From Vicugna vicugna (taxonomy: Eukaryota): DNA of 64,000 nt. Where the stretch lies: positions 24,586,103 to 24,650,102 of the forward strand of contig MU061748.1 in assembly GCA_013265495.1 (NCBI GenBank). Direction: 5' to 3'. Shown piece after piece: positions 60,155 to 64,000 of the stretch (position 1 is its first letter; the number at the start of each line of letters is the position of its first letter). Under the pieces are notes generated by a model, which was given only the letters and a program-made list of their open reading frames with translations, had not been told where the DNA came from and did not search any database. Position numbers and translations under genes: made by a program.

Positions 60155-60440
60155 AGAATAAAAGGCATAAAGACTGGATGGGAAGAGGTAAATTGTCTTT
60201 ATTTGCAGGTGACATGGCAGTTTATATAGAGAAATCCTAAGAAATATATAAAACCACTACTAGAAAGAACTAATACTTGAACATTGAACTTAGTAAAGTC
60301 ACAGGATTCAAGGTCAAGTTTACAAAAATCTATTGTATTTCTGTAGATTTTCAGCTAATAGGTATGAAATGAAGATAAAGAAACAATTTTATGTATAATA
60401 ATAACAGAAGAACGTAAAACTCTTAGGAATAAATTTAAAC
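60155..60440 (+). mobile_element. L1 ORF2 RT fragment (sense)
   Basis: 60190 onward reads KLSLFAGDMAVYIE (L1 consensus KLSLFADDMIVYLE); frameshifted. Confidence 0.8.
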
Positions 60441-63400
60441 AAAAAATCAATCAGTTGGTGCTGTCTCTGGGGTGGACCCGAGAGTAATGGGTGCTAGCAG
60501 TCCCAGGAGAGTGGACTTTGTTTTGTAGCCCTTGTTTCTCAAAGGAAAAGCTGTATAAAGCTATGTAATTGTTGTTCAGCATCATCACGACATGGATTGT
60601 AATGTCAGTTTACATTCAACAAGCCAGCAGCACTCCTAGGGCCATGCCATCGCTTAGCTAATACCAGGCATATCTTCTTTGCACTTGGCAGGTAGAGTGT
60701 AGTCCTGAGTGATTTTTCGGAGCCATATTAGTTCTCAGGCATAAGATGTACACTCAGAAAGTTGTGATTTTTCTTTATTCTTTGTTCCTACTTCTCTCCA
60801 GGGTGTGATGAGGCATTTAACCCAACAGACAGCAGGAGGATGTGTGTAATGAATTTTTACATGCCCCGGTCATTTTAGTGTAATTGTCCTTCTTTTAAAA
60901 GGCTTCATTAAGTCTATTGTTAGGATTGTAAAACTACCTAAGAGAGACAGGAGGGCTTTTCCCATTTTCAGAATTCAGCACAGTTTCTTAATTGCACTGC
61001 TTTAGGTGAACAGTAATTAAATGGGTTGGGAGAATGTGCAATATTTATTTATAGTAACGCAGGCGTGTCACGTATTTTTAGTCATTACTGCACAGTCTCC
61101 TTGATAACATCCTTTTGGAAAAAAAAAGTCATGACTGTTAAAAGGAGCTCCAATAAGTGTTTTCGGCAGGTCTTTGAATCTAGCTGTGAGTATTAACAGA
61201 TCGAGATACCCTTATATTAAAGTACCATACATAATAAACTTTATGCAAGGAACCTCTACTGGCAAAGCTCTGAAATGTGCTTTTAACATTTTTAATTTAA
61301 AAGATTTGAGTTAAATATGTTTGCCAATGTCAATAGTCTTTGGAGTGTTATAATGTACCTTCATTTGGACAAGATGATAGGAGAGTAACTATTCCTTGAT
61401 TCTTAAATTTGGTAATAAATACAATTTTAGCACCCTGTTCTTGACATGCTCTGACATGGCAGATTTGTCGAGCAGATAAATAGAAGTTTTCCATGAAATA
61501 TTGATCTTAATACCAACTAAACTGCTATTTGGGGGCCTTTTTGAGCACCAGATGAAAGCTAGGAACCCTCCGTGCAGAAAAGCATATACACACAAACCTG
61601 GGTACCGTATGCTACTCAGGAGGCCTTTGGACCCCCTGAATGCCTATTCATGGACCCAAAGATATGCATCCTTGATAGAAATGCAAACTGTACGAATAGC
61701 CCCTTTGTTTTGCACATATACCCATGCCTAGTCTCTCCTGTGTCTATATGTCTGCAGATCTATTTTTATGGACACCTTTTCTCCATAGGACATTTTGACT
61801 CAATATCTTCAGTGCCAACTCAGTTTAAATGTGACAGAAACAAAAGTGCCTTTTCCACCACCGTGAATTTCTGGCACTTCTCATTATTTCCTCAGTCATT
61901 ACTTTTCCCTCTGCCCCATCTCCCTGAAAGCTGAGAACAAGCCTGCTCTCTCTCTCCACGCATCCAATGCGTTGATAGCTTTATTCATGTGTTCTTTCCA
62001 CACAGCCACCACTTTCGTCCCTTCTGTTGTGTATCAACATCACCTAGTGCAAGCCTTCAACAGCTGTCCTTTAAGCCCCCCCGCCCCCCTAACGCTCTTG
62101 CTTCCCACGCCATCCAGCCACTCATCTGGGACTCAGAGTCTTCCATGTATGTGGCCTGCCTCACGCAGGCTCCCTTTCCCCTTGTCCGCTGCCACTCAGC
62201 TGCCTTTGGAGGTTTTGTGTCACCACGCACAGCAAATTCAAAACTGCCAGCCCCTTCACTCTGGGGCCAGCTCTCCTACTCATGATTCCCCCAGAGACTG
62301 TGTTTCCTCCCCCAGGTTTCTTGCATGTTCCCTTCCAGCCACTCCTCTGCCATCATCTTGTACCACTGACACTCTGCCCCTCCAAGAGAGCGTCTGGGAC
62401 AGATTGCCCATCTGCTGACAGGCAGTGGTGGGGCACCTTGTATTTTCTGTTCATGATCACTGAACCTGCAGGAAGATAGGGCCCCAGAACTGGGCAGCCG
62501 TATTTCTCTGGAATTCTGTACCTCTCTGTTCATTCAGCAGTTCTGCACCCTCAACCCCCGACTGCCACTTACCTGGCTCAGTTGAATCAGTAGTTCAATA
62601 AACATACTTTGGAAATACTTTTTTTAAAAGTGTAGGGGTGGGGACAAGGGTCTAGGAGAATAAAACTAATTATTATTTATAGTAATAATTAACAAGGACA
62701 TAACACCCCCGTGTGTGCTGCCTCATCTTCTGATGCTGGTCTGGAGGCTGGTGTCTCCCTCGTAGCTCAGCAGGGGCACCAAGGCAGCGATCTGCCCATC
62801 TCTGCATCTTAGCATGGAGCAAGGCCAGGGCAGGCCCTCAAGTGTCTGGCGGAGGAGCTGTGCAGGTAGCTGGCACAGTGTTTCATAGACTCGCCTAGCT
62901 GGAGGTGGTCTTTGAGATGATCTCTGACTACTTCATCTGACAGTTGAGCAAGCTGAGAGTCAGGAAGGTTAAATGACTAGTCTAAGGTCAGACAGCAGTA
63001 AAATCTGCTTTGGAATCTATGTTTTCTGACTCCTGGTCTCCTTTGTTTGCTGCACGACAAGTACCACTCAGCCTCTGGTTCTTCTTTTGCCATCTCTTTC
63101 ATCTCTGTTGTTAGTGCCTGTTTGGTGCCTAGTACATATTCTGAGCTCTTCAGGCTGCCTGAAGTTGTCTGCTGCACCTCTTAAGCATAAGAACCTAATA
63201 ATTCTCTTACTTTTTCAATAGCACGTAGTACTTTTTAGGATCTTTCATATATGTTTCCTGATTAGATTTCACCACAAACCTGTGAGATAGGTTGAGCTTA
63301 TGTCTGAGGAGAAAAGTAGAGACTGGTTTGTGACCTGCTGCTCAGTGGCTCAGTTGTGGCTGCTCAGTGTCACAGTTGCTGGAACTTGGTTCTCCTCTGT

Positions 63401-63689
63401 CAGAGGATGTGGTGAGTTAAAACTCTTTTGAAAACCTAGCTTCAGGCTCTGGAATCTTGCCTTCCTTTATGCAAATAGAGAAAAAACCAGAATTTCCTAT
63501 TTTCTAAGAGTTTTCAGTGTTTCCTCAAGTATGTTCTAAAGCACTCTGATCCCATGAGATGCTCTGTAAAAGAAATGGATTTTGTGGCCAGATAAGTTGG
63601 GGAAAGCTGCTTGCTGTCTCCCCTTCTTGGGGATCCCCAGTGCATCTTGGCATTTAAAGGCTCTAAGAAGTTCCTCTGCAAAACTGTTG

Positions 63690-64000
63690 AATTTTATTTT
63701 TAATTGTGGTAAAAATACACAAGATGTAAAATCTACCCACTTAATCATTCGGAAGTGTTTAAGTTCAGCAGTGGTAAGTATATTCACATTGTTGCTCAAT
63801 CTCCAGAACTCTTCTCATGTTGGGAAACAGAAACTCTGTGCCCACTGAACAACAATTTCCCATTCTCCCCGCTCCCAGCCTCTGGCAACCACCCTTTTAC
63901 TTTCTGTCTCTATGAATCTGACTGCTCTAGGTGCCTCAGACAAGTGGAATCATACAATATTTCTCTTTTTCACAGGCTAATTTCACTTAGTATAGTGTCT
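63690..64000 (-). mobile_element. L1MB-type 3' end (runs off the window)
   Basis: TTTTAATTGTGGTAAAAATACAC...CTCCCAGCCTCTGGCAACCACC...GTGGAATCATACAATATTT. Confidence 0.85.

Larger units (their letters stand above)
43816..64000 (+). other. FYN: FYN intron 2 (5' part; continues beyond the window)
   Basis: Starts at GTAAGT (43816). I did not find the recalled exon 3 or start-codon sequence (ATGGGCTGTGTGCAATG) in the window. Confidence 0.8.

Noticed and set aside
60197-60213. Recursive-splice-like TTTATTTGCAG|GTGACA
   Set aside because: Weak donor half, derived from the L1 RT fragment. I saw no strong YAG|GTAAG site in either intron.
1-64000. CRISPR arrays, operons, prophage, rRNA, snoRNA/miRNA or NUMT
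   Set aside because: No repeat-spacer array, no gene-dense prokaryotic or mitochondrial-like segment, and no RNA-gene sequence I recognise. An Rfam/Infernal scan would be needed to exclude small RNAs formally.

Overview
This is mammalian genomic DNA, not microbial. It is about 43-45% GC by eye, CpG-depleted, and rich in MIR/L2/L1/MaLR/hAT/Tigger repeats. Three copies of a tRNA-Ala-derived SINE of the Vic-1 type point to a camelid. Five short N-gaps suggest a short-read scaffold. The only gene I can support is the non-coding 5' end of FYN on the + strand: a CpG-island promoter, exon 1 (~17300-17779), a 25,996-nt intron 1, a 40-nt exon 2 (43776-43815) and the start of intron 2. I identified FYN by matching these exons to my memory of the human FYN mRNA leader, not by a search. 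The FYN coding sequence lies outside the window, and none of the track ORFs looks like a real protein. Positions 1-17,000 are repeat-dense intergenic DNA. I found no clear new multi-gene system. The best lead is a chain of tiny upstream ORFs in the FYN leader: ATG-TGA, then MGSGA*, then MLI*, the last carried entirely by the micro-exon. Other leads are candidate intronic regulatory sites (RFX X-box, Z-DNA tract, motif clusters) and some informative transposon arrangements. Repeat subfamily names and boundaries were assigned by eye and are approximate.
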